Source of the DNA: Chrysomallon squamiferum
Taxonomy: Eukaryota; Animalia; Mollusca
Reading direction: 5' to 3'
DNA: 64,000 nt
Assembly (NCBI GenBank): GCA_012295275.1
Contig: CM022669.1
Span: 5,208,001-5,272,000 of the forward strand
Notes under the pieces: generated by a model
The model's input: the letters and a program-made list of their open reading frames with translations, nothing else
Database searches by the model: none
Told to the model about the DNA's origin: nothing
Position numbers and translations under genes: made by a program
Part shown: piece after piece, positions 32,580 through 48,203 of the stretch
Numbering within the stretch: the stretch's first letter is position 1
Layout of the letters: every line of letters begins with the position of its first letter

Positions 32580-34743
32580 AAAATCTGAAAAAAACTGTCA
32601 GCTATTATTTTTGTGATGAATATTGTTCTTGTTTCATGTAACCATGGAAATGGCAGACATAAAAGAAAAGAGAAAGGACTATCATAAATGGCCAAATAAA
32701 TGCATTTAATTAAACGTTCATCATTTAGTTACCTTTACAAGGTAACTGAAAAAGGAAACAAACCAGTCAGCAAACAGTTTATTGCTGGTGGTTAGGACAA
32801 ATGTCTGACAGCCCATTTTCATTTTAACACAACTTTGATAAGTTTTCAGGAGGGCTCACAAGATATATTGTTTATTTGTTTGTCAGTGTCTTTATGTAAA
32901 CTGTAACTGAATCATTGTTGATATGTTTCGTTTCATCAAAATAATTTGAACAATCAGGCTCATTGATCTACAAATTAAATGTTCTGAATCCAAGATGTTG
33001 AAAATACTTGTTAAAGAGATTCAGGATATGGGTATTTTTTTAATTAATTTCTGTTAATTGGTGGTGAAATCTGTTTCTTTTGTTTTCTTTCCTTTTTTCT
33101 TTAAATGATAATGTTCAGATTCATGTAATCATGTAATAATTTTTGCATTAAGTGTTGATGGTGACAAGGTTAAAATTTCTGTATCATTTTGAAAATGTTC
33201 GAGGTTTAAAAAAGCATTGGGGGTTGGTTCTCAATATATTTCATATTAAAATGTTTGATATAAAAATTTCTTACCAGATTAATATATAATACATAACACA
33301 GTTCTGACATTTTCATGTTCAAATGTATGTTACTAAAAAAAAAGAAAAAATTAAAGGATAATAAGGAAAAAAGAAAAAGAGATCAAAATATATTTTGTTC
33401 AGACTTCCTTAGTGAGTAATTAATGTTAAAAACATTTGTTATAACAGTTTATTATATTTTGATCTAATTAAATGATTCTACAAGCATGGGCATTCAAGTA
33501 TTTGATATGATAATTTATAGTCTGGTTAATATAGAAAACATATAAATTTTTATACCCACTGTAGTAGTGACTATTTATTCAATGTTGAAATGTTTGAGAT
33601 AAAAATTTACTATTGAGATCAAAATACAACACCTTTTTTTTAAAGATATTGTGAAGTTCTGACAATATTTCACATTTAACTGTTTGATACAAATATATTA
33701 TTTATATATTTACATATTTTAATAGAGTTTTAGATGTTGGTAAAAATGTTCATGCTAATAAAATATAAAAAGAAAATAAATTCAAATGTAACTTTTTCAT
33801 TTCCTATATATCCTTGTCAATAGATGTCAAAATAAAATTAAATTCAGATTATTGTGTTTTGTCATTATTATATATAAAAAAGTTGTTTTGCCCTGATACA
33901 TTTTAAGTTAAGTAATATGATAATAACTGCAACAAATTTCAGTAGTGACTATGTAACCATATTTAAATGAATCATCCTTTTGTGTCATCTTGGTTTCTGT
34001 TGAAACTGTATTAATTCATACACATCAGAATTTTTGAAGAGAACACATATTTTTAACTTCAGTTTTTAAAAACTGATAAAATCATCATCATAAAAAAAAT
34101 ATGAATTTTACAAATGCATTATTCATATTTAGACAAACATAAACGACATACTAAATACATTTTTATTTTTATTTTATAATTAACAATAAACAAAAACCTA
34201 TTCCTTCATCAAGTTACATTTCATTTAATGATGTGTTAATTGTAAACTATTACCTTCTTTACTAATTTATTTACCTTTACACTAAGTTACTGTTTTACTA
34301 TAGTTTTGTTTATTTATGTGAAATGTTTTTGTTTATAACTTAATTTCAATGAAAATAATTAAAATGTGTCTTTGAATCTGAAATAAAATAATTTGCGGTC
34401 TTCACACGATGCAAAAGATCGCCAGAGTTTTGAAAAAAATCATATCAGACTGAGTTACTAAACTCACCAGCTATCAAATCAAAATGAGTCACTAAATTAC
34501 AAAAAACACATCAGGTAAAATGTTATACACAAACTGAGTACTGAGATTAAAATAACAGTACAAGGACGTGATTTTTTTTCTCTCTCGCTCATCTACTAAT
34601 AAAGATGTACACAAAGCAGTCTTGTTTATCCTTTGAACTGTGATTCAAAGGGTACTATTTTGTTTTTTTTTTTTAAAGTGGATAGATAAACATTTTGTTG
34701 TGTAGTTTTGTGCTGTGATAGTTGAATATTTTTCAGTGTTTTC

Positions 34744-37700
34744 TCAGCTGTATGTCAGTCTGTAAATGAAGGCATTGCTGTACCAGGGCATGTTGTTCTC
34801 CTCACACACTTTCCTCAGTGGACTGCGGAATGGATTAATGAATGGTTCCGACGTAGAACCCACGTTTAACCCCTCCATTGCTTGTTTTGCATATTCACAG
34901 CTAAGTTGACAATAATCAGTGAAATAAACTGGTATATTATCCATCTAAAAAAAAAAAATAATAATAATAATAATAAATATTATAAAGTATTCTTATATTT
35001 AATGTACAAGGTTAAATATTTCAAACCAAAACATTACAGCAAAGCATATATAATTTTTACTGAAAAATATGAAAAGGAAAAAGAAGTGCAGCAAATTAAA
35101 TGTTTATAAACACATAAATTAAGCTTAATTATTCTTAATTTAAATACAGAATATCAGTATATTCTAAAACATATGTTATTTCGGCTGTATTAAAATAATT
35201 AAATATAAATGATAATACCTTCAGTTTTTTCAAAGTATCTCCCCAAGTTATGTAGGCACCAATACCTGCATTTAAACCTGAAAAAAAAACCCACATATGA
35301 TTCACTATTATAAACTGGCTGAATAGTAAATGTCATGTTGTGGTGACAGATTAAAGAATAAAAACCTGTATCTAAAATTAAATTAGTTCTGTCATTCATG
35401 GCATTAGTTTTATTTAATATTTGTAAATAATCAAACTCTTGTGAATGTGTATGTTTTGTGCACAGTAAAATGAAAAACTCACCAACTACAATATCAGGTT
35501 TGTCCAGAGTGAGTGTGTGATACAGACCCCTGTGAATGGTGATGGTTAAATTTTCCAGTTGTCTTTTCTTCATGTTTGCTTTCTTTGTGATCTCATTTCC
35601 AACCATGTCTATCTGAATCTCTTTTGAGGGAAGTAATCTTGCAAATTCCTTAATCAAAAAATAAATAAAAATAAAATAAATAAATAAATTAAAAATTAAA
35701 ATTAAAAACAATAAAAATAAAAATTAAAATAATGAACAAAATAGTAATAGAGCATTTAGAAAATACCAGTTTAAACATTAATGGCCCACCTTGCACATGG
35801 GTGTGAAATAAAAAACTAACTTTTTAACAGTATAGTCAGAATATATCTAAAAACATAAAAAGTATCTGCAGTCATCTATATAGAAAACATTACGTTAATC
35901 TTAATATATTCTGCATCTATACCTGAATATAATATACTATTATTTAAACATTCAAAAATATTTGCCTGGATGTGATAAAAGTAAAAAAATATATTCATGA
36001 ATACAATACAAAAATAATGTTAATAGAATAAAAAAAAAAAAATTAAAATCTTATCTAAATATAATTCTATATTTGTACCTGAAATGCTGCAAACATCTCC
36101 ACTTCTTTCTCAACACCGAGAAGGTGTATAACTAATTTTTGCTTTGATTGTAACTGATCAGGATCTGAAAAATAAATTGTTAGTGAAAAAAAAAAAGGTA
36201 AATATTTTTCTGAAGTAAGACATATTAGTGGGTATAAATATATGAAACTATTACAAAATAAGTTTGTTCTCAGAAATAAAAAATAAGTCAGTTTTAAGAC
36301 ATTATTCTATCAATTCTAAAACATAATGTTACACATCAATTCTTAATTGTGATATTGCTATGTAAAATATCAGAATTAATATTCAGTTACTAAATGCAAG
36401 TTATTATATTTCAAAATGTGATGTTAGTTTTACAGCTTATTCTCTATTTTAAGAAAAGAAACTGCACTGTTACAATCTACAGCTTATTTTAAAATATGTA
36501 TTATGCAATTACTGTGTAAACATATTACTTAACAGTGTTACAAGTTATCATCATTTTAAAACATGATGTTACTATGAAACCACTGTTACAAGTTACAATC
36601 ACATTTAAAACATGTTACTATGGAACCACTGTTATAACTTACAATCAGTTTTAAAATATGATGTTACTATGTAACCACTGTTATAACTTACAATCAGATT
36701 TAAAACATGATGTTACTATGTAACCACTGTTATAACTTACAATCAGATTTAAAACATGATGTTACTATGAAACCACTGTTATAACTTACAATCAGATTTA
36801 AAACATGATGTTACTATGTAACCACTGTTATAACTTACAATCAGTTTTAAAATATGATGTTACTATGTAACCACTGTTATAACTTACAATCAGATTTAAA
36901 ACATGATGTTACTATGAAACCACTGTTATAACTTACAATCAGATTTAAAACATGATGTTACTATGTAACCACTGTTATAACTTACAATCAGATTTAAAAC
37001 ATGATGTTACTATGAAACCACTGTTATAACTTACAATCAGATTTAAAACATGATGTTACTATGTAACCACTGTTATAACTTACAATCAGATTTAAAACAT
37101 GATGTTACTATGAAACCACTGTTATAACTTACAATCAGATTTAAAACATGATGTTACTATGTAACCACTGTTATAACTTACAATCAGATTTAAAACATGA
37201 TGTTACTATGTAACCACTGTTATAACTTACAATCAGATTTAAAACATGATGTTACAATGTAACCACTGTTATAACTTACAATCAGATTTAAAACATGATG
37301 TTACTATGTAACCACTGTTATAACTTACAATCAGATTTAAAACATGATGTTACTATGTAACCACTGTTATAACTTACAATCAGATTTAAAACATGATATT
37401 ACAATGTAACCACTGTTATAACTTACAATCAGATTTAAAACATGATGTTACTATGTAGTACAGAGTGAGGGGAAAACTAAGAAGTGCTGCTATTGGAGAA
37501 TCCAGCTCAAATCCACGGAACTTGTAATAATCCAGCCAATCAGTGAATGGATTGCTTATGCCTGGAGGATCCTGGTCTGGTTTGACACTGAGAATGTTTC
37601 CTTCTTTTATCAGAACAAATGGATTGTCACTGTTACTCAGCTCCCCTGAAAATTAACAAATAAAAAAAATATAATAATAATATCAAATAAATAAATAAAT

Positions 37701-37803
37701 AAATAAAGCTAGATAATACTTTTTTAAGTGTTCACACTGATACTTATGCTAATTTTGTAATCTCTAATAATTATCAAAACAAACAATATGCTGTTTTTTC
37801 CTC

Positions 37804-37842
<39 letters not shown>

Positions 37843-39170
37843 TTTTTTTTTACAGAAATTAAATATATTAGATAAATAAAAATAATAAAAACTACAAGAT
37901 ATTAATTGTAATTATCTAAAAATAATAAAATCTTAAAGTAAATCCACTTCTAGGACAGATAACAAAAGGAAATTATTTTTTTTCATCCCAAAAGCATTAA
38001 CATGTTCAATATGACTTTCAAAATGAAAGACACTTCTTTATGACAGGAAAACTAAAAGGTTAGTCAGAAAGGAATCCATCACCCTCTGCAGTAGCAAGAT
38101 GAAGTTTTCATTAACTGGACTATAAGTGACAGAGCAGCACATACCAAAGGGTATGTCATTTCCTTGTTGAGACCAAAGAAGACATTCACGTCGCCACATT
38201 CCTTTGTTGTAAACACCATGCTTCTCCAGAAAGTTCTTCAGTGCCAACACATGGAAGTTGAGACTAGTGGTCTCTAAAAAAAAAGTTTAAACACAAATGT
38301 ACAGTACAGTGGTAAAAACATTATTCTCTATGGAAAAAAGTTTTTATTTTTTCTCTTTGCTTAAAATATTTAAAATATGTCTGTTTATTATAAAGAAATT
38401 GATTTTGTAGAGTATATGTAGATTTTATATCTTATTAAGCACGCAAAAGAACAACTGGACAATCAATTACTTTCTTTCACTCCCAAAAGCATGCCCCAAG
38501 TTATCTATAACCACAATATCAGTGTTACTAAAATATAAAAAAACAAAATAATTGGTACAAAAACAAACCTGCGGCATAAGAGAAAGGAAATTTAGCAAGT
38601 TCATCAGTTTTGGCCATGTACTGCTTCATGCGAGCACACCAGAGTTTGTGACTGTGATGTTTCATCTCTCCTGACTGAGACCAGCCTCGTTTCTGACACT
38701 CCTTAGAGCAGTAGATGATAGCATCACAGGATGAACTGTAACACACAGGATTGTATATAGTTACTGGTAATAAAAGTGTCACAAGATGAACTGTAACAAA
38801 CAGGATTGTATATAGTTACTGGTAATAAAAATGTCACAGGATGAACTGTAACATACAGGATTGTATATAGTAACTGGTAATAAAAGTGTCACAGGAAGAA
38901 ATGTAACAGAAATATACAGTTAAAGAAATTAAGTAAGTGCTTTCTGGATAGTGAATAATATTAATGAAAAATAAAATATCAAACTTATTATAGATAATAA
39001 TAATTATAATAATAATAATAAAAAAGGATTTACAAGTTACAAGAGATGTAACAACTTCTTTTAATCAGTTATATTAATCTGTAATAGTCTTTAACAAAGC
39101 TTTATCAAAACTGTATCATTATTGAAAGATTTTCTTTGCAGGGTGTCACAACTTTACATAAACAAACTAG

Positions 39171-39202
<32 letters not shown>

Positions 39203-40722
39203 GAAAGCTTGTTTTAAATAGAGTTTGTCTTGAACACAAGCTAGAAATGGACATATCTCACTTAGAATACTTCAGTGTAACAAAATCAAGTTCGTACCAT
39301 TTCTTAAACAGGTCAGGAGTTCCCTTCATTGGACACATGTTACACTGCCTGAACCAGATTTCATTCATTGACAGTGGTGGACCAAATCCTGGACTCATAA
39401 AGTAGACTCCTACTGCAGAGAGATCTAGCACTCCCTCTGTCCTGTAAGTAAAACAAAAACAAAAAAAATTCGGTTTTATTAGCTGTAAGAAACAGTTTGG
39501 AGAAGTGGTAACTTTCTAATAATATCATTAATTTTTCCATAAATCGCATCAGTGATGCAAAAATGTCTATGAAAAGACATGCACACTAATGTTAATTTTA
39601 TTTTCAATTGTTGTTCTTTATTTTTCAGTTTATCAAATGTTTTATACTTTATAGAAGTGCATTGTGAAAAAATGTATATTTTATTAATTTATTTTATTTA
39701 CACAAGTAAAAATGGTGTTGGAACAATCCACATATTTCAAAGAGAGGACAATGATGGATTTCTGACCTGGTGCCATCTTTTAATAAAAATATAATAAACG
39801 ATGAATATTTAATAATATTAAAATTTGTTTCAAAACATAAATATCAAACTAATAATGAAAAGTGCAACTAAACTGTCTAATTCTTACTTCTGCTAACTGC
39901 TAAAGTAATGTTTAAGTTTCTTCATTTTACATCAGAAAATTGATAAACTGAATTTAAAATGAATTTTAAGACTGTTCACTTGATTTTTGATTTGTCCTGA
40001 TAGGTGACAATCCGAGGACGTCGTGGTGATTTCTGCACAGGAAACAGACAGCAGTAACAGAACAGTTCATAGGCTTGCTGTTTCAGCGTCTTCTTAGCTG
40101 GGTCAGCCATGTTGACTCCTAAACCCATTCCCCTCTTGTCGTTCATCTGTACATACCGTGTGTGACTCCATCATCATCAACAACTAGAAACAACAATCAC
40201 AGTGAAAGTCCTTTTATGATTTATTAATTGATTTTTTAAAAATTGATATAATTTTTTACTGTATTTAAATCATTAGCTTCAGACTCTATTTGGATACCAC
40301 ACATGCATCAAGTTCCCTTCATTGCTGAGAATGAATAGGAACATTTTGTAACAATATGTATGAAAAACTACATCCTCTTCTTTTCTCTTACTAACACAAC
40401 TAACATTATCTGGACAGCCCTGATCAGTATGCTGTATTGTGATACATTTTCTAGAACCTTCAGTGGATGTACGAATGACTGAAGTGACTGAATGACAGAC
40501 TGATTTTAAAATCAGATAAAATTACACACCAGTTTCCTGTTCTGCGATGAACCAGATGGTATCCTCCATTGGCAATTTGCGAATCTTGTCCTCCTGCCCA
40601 ATACTCTGTGCCATTTTATCTTGTATATCGACAGCAAAGTCAGCAAACTTATCTGGGTGTTCTTTGTAGAGTTTGTCGACATACTCTTCAATCTCGTCCT
40701 TAGACTTCTTTTTACTTTCCAT
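34744..40722 (-). CDS. ZMYND15: Zinc finger MYND domain protein 15-like (ZMYND15/MSS51 family); apparent frameshift in coding exon 2
   Basis: Exons 40530-40722, 39980-40183, 39298-39441, 38569-38735, 38145-38273, 37427-37645, 36079-36164, 35483-35648, 35219-35277, 34744-34944. MYND finger CNMC...CSSCDAIIYCSKECQKRGW...HKLWC, W.DYY.FRG..LDSPIA.LL.FPLT.YY, KPDIVVGLNAG, NPFRSP, PWYSNAFI. Confidence 0.85.
36563..37457. repeat. 49-bp minisatellite, ~18 copies, unit spans a ZMYND15 exon end and its GTAAGT donor
   Basis: Unit aaccactgttataacttacaatcagatttaaaacatgatgttactatgt (period 36673 to 36722); the first unit in transcript order overlaps exon end 37427. Confidence 0.95.
38724..38908. repeat. 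55-bp tandem repeat, ~3.3 copies, unit spans a ZMYND15 acceptor
   Basis: tcaca.gatgaactgtaac... starts at 38724, 38779, 38834, 38889; real acceptor at 38736/38735. Confidence 0.9.
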
Positions 40723-41022
40723 TGTGTATTGTGATATGCTGAGGAAGAGAAAATATAAATAAAAAATAAAAAATAACATTAAAACCAAATTAGTATTAGG
40801 GTCTAAAAAAGAAAACCAAGTTAAATACAATACATGCAGACTGGAATTAAGGAAATAAATAACATTAACGATGAAATATTTGTAAAGATCAAATTTATAT
40901 TTAAAAACAAGTGACATTCTGTATAAATATCAATAAACAAATTTTATTTATTAATTAACATTAACTTATAATAATAGAAATTACACAATAGGAAATAAAC
41001 AAATGTGTGCTTTTGTGTGTGT

Positions 41023-41024
<2 letters not shown>

Positions 41025-41091
<67 letters not shown>
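41025..41091. repeat. (GA)n microsatellite
   Basis: Perfect GA run. Confidence 0.95.
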
Positions 41092-41096
<5 letters not shown>

Positions 41097-41858
41097 AACT
41101 CAGTGTTAGATTGTAATCTACATGATGAACATCGATAACACTTCAGAGAGAGAGAGAGACTTTGACATAACAAAATTCTGATTCTTTATATTAATAATTA
41201 ATTTATTATGAGATATTTAAATAAAAAGAATTCTGCGTGGTTATTATATTTATTGCATCATACAGAGGAATGCGCGATGATGCCCTAAAGGTTATCTTTT
41301 TTTTTAATTACATTTTTTCCACATTGCGTTTTTAAATATTTCTTAAAGCTATTTTTTTTTAATTTTTGATTTTCAAAGAATATCCCAAATACATTAGTAA
41401 TTCCATATAAATCATCTGCAACAACACCAACCCCTACTATCTTAGTATCTATACAGTAGCCTACTCAGGCACTGCATTCTAGAAAATTAATTATAACTAA
41501 TAAAGTGCACAATAAATTCTTTCTGCGCTAAACGTGTTTGTGACTATCCTTATTCAAGTTATTGTAATGTAAACTGTTATATTATCACACCTTTAACTTT
41601 ACAAATATATAACAATGAAATAAAAATAAATCAACGATTAGATCGAAAGTCAAAAGATAGCGAAATTATTGTCAACATCGTTTACCGATATTACCATATA
41701 CTCCGGTTACACAGCGGGCTGCGATAGCGTGTGAACTATCTATAAACAAAGACTATTTACGAACATTTCCGAAAAGTTCCGAATATTCGAATTGATGCTC
41801 TGTCAGAAATGGTGAAAATACCTTAAAACAACATCTCAACGGAAGTTTTTGTTTTCAG

Positions 41859-44210
<2,352 letters not shown>

Positions 44211-46131
44211 TAGTGAAAATAAAAAAAGTTTAGAAGCATCTGGGAATTGAATTTTAATCTCTTTATTTGCTGAAAGTATTGAATTTTAATTCATTTACTG
44301 AAGATAAATTTTAATTTATTAATCAAATGGAAATTAAGATTCAGTTTCTTCGTTTAATGGAAAATATTGCACAGAGAATTATATAATAAATAGATAATTT
44401 GGTTAATAGTATCTTTTTTTTTTTCTTTTTTTATAATTTTGCTTAGATAAGTGTTGTTTGTTAAAAATTTTTGTTGTTTTTAAATTGTTTTGATATATTA
44501 GACATCATTAATAATGGAGTAATAAAATCAGAGATTGATTGCTGTTCGTTACCACTTTGTATAATAATATTTTATTTATCATATGTTACTAAGTCTGTTT
44601 ATTATATCAGAAATATTTCTCATATGAGGTACTTCTTATATATATTTTTGTTAATACAGTTTAATTTTATTTTCAAATTAGAGGATTGATACTTGATGTA
44701 TTAGTGAAAATAGCAGTACATTTATCTGTTACTTGTCACAGTAATCACAAAAAGAAATCTGAAAACTTGTCACTTTTCTGCTGTTGTATTGGATGAAGAT
44801 ATAACACGAAAATATCAGAAATATTTAAAAATTATTATTTATATTCTTGAAAACATAAATTTGGAATATCAGTTGTTTTGTTTTTTTTTTTTTTTTTATG
44901 TTTATATGTTCATGATTGCTTCTGATTCTAATGTGCATATAATTTGTTCACTCAGTTAATGATACTGGGAGTAATGGCTCATATATAAAATTTTCATAAA
45001 TATATTATCATGTTAAAATAATAATGTCAAAGTGTGATGTTAGAAGTGTTTATATTTAATAATTCTGGGAAAATAAAAGATCTAGTTAAATCTTTTTATT
45101 ATCTAATCACTTGAGAAATTAAAAGTCTGTTGTTTTTTTTTTTTTTTGTTGTTGTTTTTTTGTATGATTAAAAATGGAGAATAAAGAGCATAAAAATGTG
45201 TATGTCAACAGATTTTGTTTTTTAACTCAAGTAATTACAGACACTTAAAAATATTTTACAAACAAAATTTATTTTTAATATATTTAAAGACTGTCTGCAC
45301 CAACATAAGCAAGTGTTTCTGCTGTACACATGCACCAGTGTTACAAATGTTGATTAAACTGTATTGTGATAATGACACTGAAACCAACACCGCTTTAGCC
45401 ATGAATGTCAAATAAACTTTTTTCTGTATCTCAAACCACAAATTTGAACCAACACAACCACAATATACAGCTGTTGAATTACGGGAGGGGAAAACTGTAA
45501 GTCTTTAATTCTATTTGTGGAAATAATTTTTTTTAATTTCTATTAATGTGACAGTTTATGAAAATCCATGAAAAATAATAGCAAAAAGTAATTATAGAAT
45601 AATCAAATTGAAAAAGGTGCAAACCAACTTGTAATACCTTCCCCTTATCTTGACTTGATTTTAAATTGTAATGTTAAAGCTGAAATGAATACATTTAAGA
45701 TGTTATTAAATTTATTTCTTCAAAACGTAACATTTTTTTCACCTACAAGCAAAGCTGTAGTGTTTATCCCTCCTATTTACGTTTCATTATTATTATTTTA
45801 TTTGTTCTAAAACCGATTAAAATGTGTTAATGAGAGCCGCATTAATAAAATGGCAAGAGCAGCTAATTAAAACGGAGAATTCAAAATCACAAATGCACGT
45901 CTCATCAAAATAGTAAAATTCTGAAAAAGGCAAGTAGATCGTGAAAAAAAAAGAAAATGAAAAAAGAGATCATAAAGACAATTGGCAAGTAAAATATAAA
46001 AATCAAAAGCATTTGAAAACTCCACTTTGTAAATCTTTACCATTTTCAGTTATGTACAAGTTTTCAGAATCACATTCAAATGAGACAGATGCAAAACATC
46101 ACGTGATGTGAACACAACGAATCATTTTTGT

Positions 46132-47671
46132 TTATTTCATTACTCTTTGGTCACAGTCTACTTCCGATTGCCAGTCGCAGTCTCCCTTCTGTCTGGAAAA
46201 GGCTGTACCATATGGGCACTGAATTCTTTGTGTTCGGCGGCCATTTTGGCAAATGATAAAATGCAAACAACTTTCAGGATCGGCAGTTTGTCCGTCTTGA
46301 CGGCACAAAGGGTCATCTTCTCCTGAAAAAAACAACAACCCATAACGTGAAACATAACCACAGAAATATATGTAACCCGTAAGCTTTTATTTCATTAATT
46401 GTCGTAATGTAATTACTAATACTCACAAGATATTACATTTTGTAACCATGATTATGACGTCATAAGTATATCATATGATTAACAGCATTAATCACGTTTT
46501 AATCCTATTACTAATGACGATTACGACATAATAAATTTGGTAATCGTATGACGTAATAGTCCTATTAATATCACCCATAAAACTTACTAAAATTATGAAT
46601 TATATTTATTAATATTACGAATTAAATTTATTAATAATCAAGACCGTAGTAAAATGATTACGCTCAATAAACTTACTAATAACAATGGTATCAGGTACTC
46701 TGCGGGAACCACACAGATGCACAACCTGGTGAGCGTATTCGCACGAGTTGTTCCGAGGCATGTACAGCGTGCCGTCTCCGCATCTCTGTACTGCTATCAT
46801 TGTCCCGTTGCTACAGGAGACAAATTTCGAGCAGTCTTCTGGGTCGATGTTGTTGCCAGTTTTCTTAACACAGCGAGGATCGTCTGACAGCAAAAAATAA
46901 CATAACCCAAAATGAGATCGTGTAATGCAAGAGATGTATACGATACGAAAAACAAAACAACAGTAACAACACAAAACCCCCCAACATTTACCAAAATTAC
47001 CATATATTCTTTTTATAAAATTGCTTATATTTTATTATATGTTTTATTTATTATTATTATTTTTATTTTTATTATTTTATTTTATTTTTTAAAATTATTA
47101 TTATTATTATTATTTTCAACTTATAACCATATAAATTCAAAAACTTTCGATATATTTTGATTCAGGATCTAACGTATGTTTAACTGAGGAGATGCTAGAT
47201 TATGCACTTTATTCATTGTAATGTACTAACAGAAACAATGTCCTTGAAAAGAAAACCTAAATTCCTGGACATTTGTGTCAGTTATAGCAGATGGAATTAA
47301 ATGGACGTATATAATTTGAAAATGTATTTTTTTTTTTTTTTTTTTTCATACATTTAAAAAATCTGTAGATATCTTTCAAAAATATTTTATTTATAGGGAA
47401 CAAAATAAATAAGGTGAAGTTATTCAGTTCGAAAATTGTTAACTATTTTTTTCTCTTATACATAATTATTATTAGCTGAATGGTAAACACTATCATTAGC
47501 TTTTGAGAACGTAAAGGTGAACGAACTTGGCTGGTTAAAAGATAAGTTTAAATTCACAGTCCAAGCAGATTTACCTTCAACTTAAAGGATTACTATCGCA
47601 AAGATACATAATTAACATGGTTTAGAATTTCTGTTTGATCTAAAAACTTTATTTTCTCCTTTCTTTACTTC

Positions 47672-47759
<88 letters not shown>

Positions 47760-48203
47760 AAACACCCTATGCATTCGATTTTAGGACATAATAAATAAAT
47801 AAATACATGAATGCTGTACAAAAATTTGATATCACGAATAAAAAATACCGAGACAAATATTTAACCAAAATAGCCCTTATTTTTTTCGATGAATTAATTT
47901 CGCTGTATACTCACTAGGTATGGGCTGGGCGGGTCGTCCGTTGCAGTCGTCGCGGTCCGGGTCCCACTCCCAGACGCAGGCAGAGGCTAGCTTGGACCAC
48001 ACCTGACTGGCGTTGCAGCGGATCGACTGAATCACCTCACCGTCAAACCCGCACTGGTGAGCGACCGTGCAGTCCTTCTCGTCCCTCACCCACAGGCCAG
48101 GCTGGATGTTCAGACACGTCCTCTCGTCGAAGTAGTAGTCTGCGGCCAGTCCACACCCAACCACCGCGCCCAACAACAACAACACTAAGACACAACGGTC
48201 CAT
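46132..48203 (-). CDS. Secreted chitin-binding protein A, 3 x ChtBD2/CBM14
   Basis: Exons 47915-48203, 46677-46883, 46132-46322, both introns phase 1. Signal peptide MDRCVLVLLLLGAVVGCGLA; each exon has a six-Cys domain (DPEDCSKFVSC..C..C..C). Confidence 0.9.
47675..47755. repeat. (CT)n microsatellite
   Basis: Perfect CT run in intron 1 of gene A. Confidence 0.95.

Noticed and set aside
36563-37457. CRISPR-like array
   Set aside because: Head-to-tail near-identical units with no unique spacers, inside a eukaryotic intron, no cas genes.
38038-38144. ORF extensions beyond exon ends (also 35278-35482, 40739-40917, 13824-13868)
   Set aside because: Intronic read-through; consistent splice phases and homology end at the GT/AG sites given.
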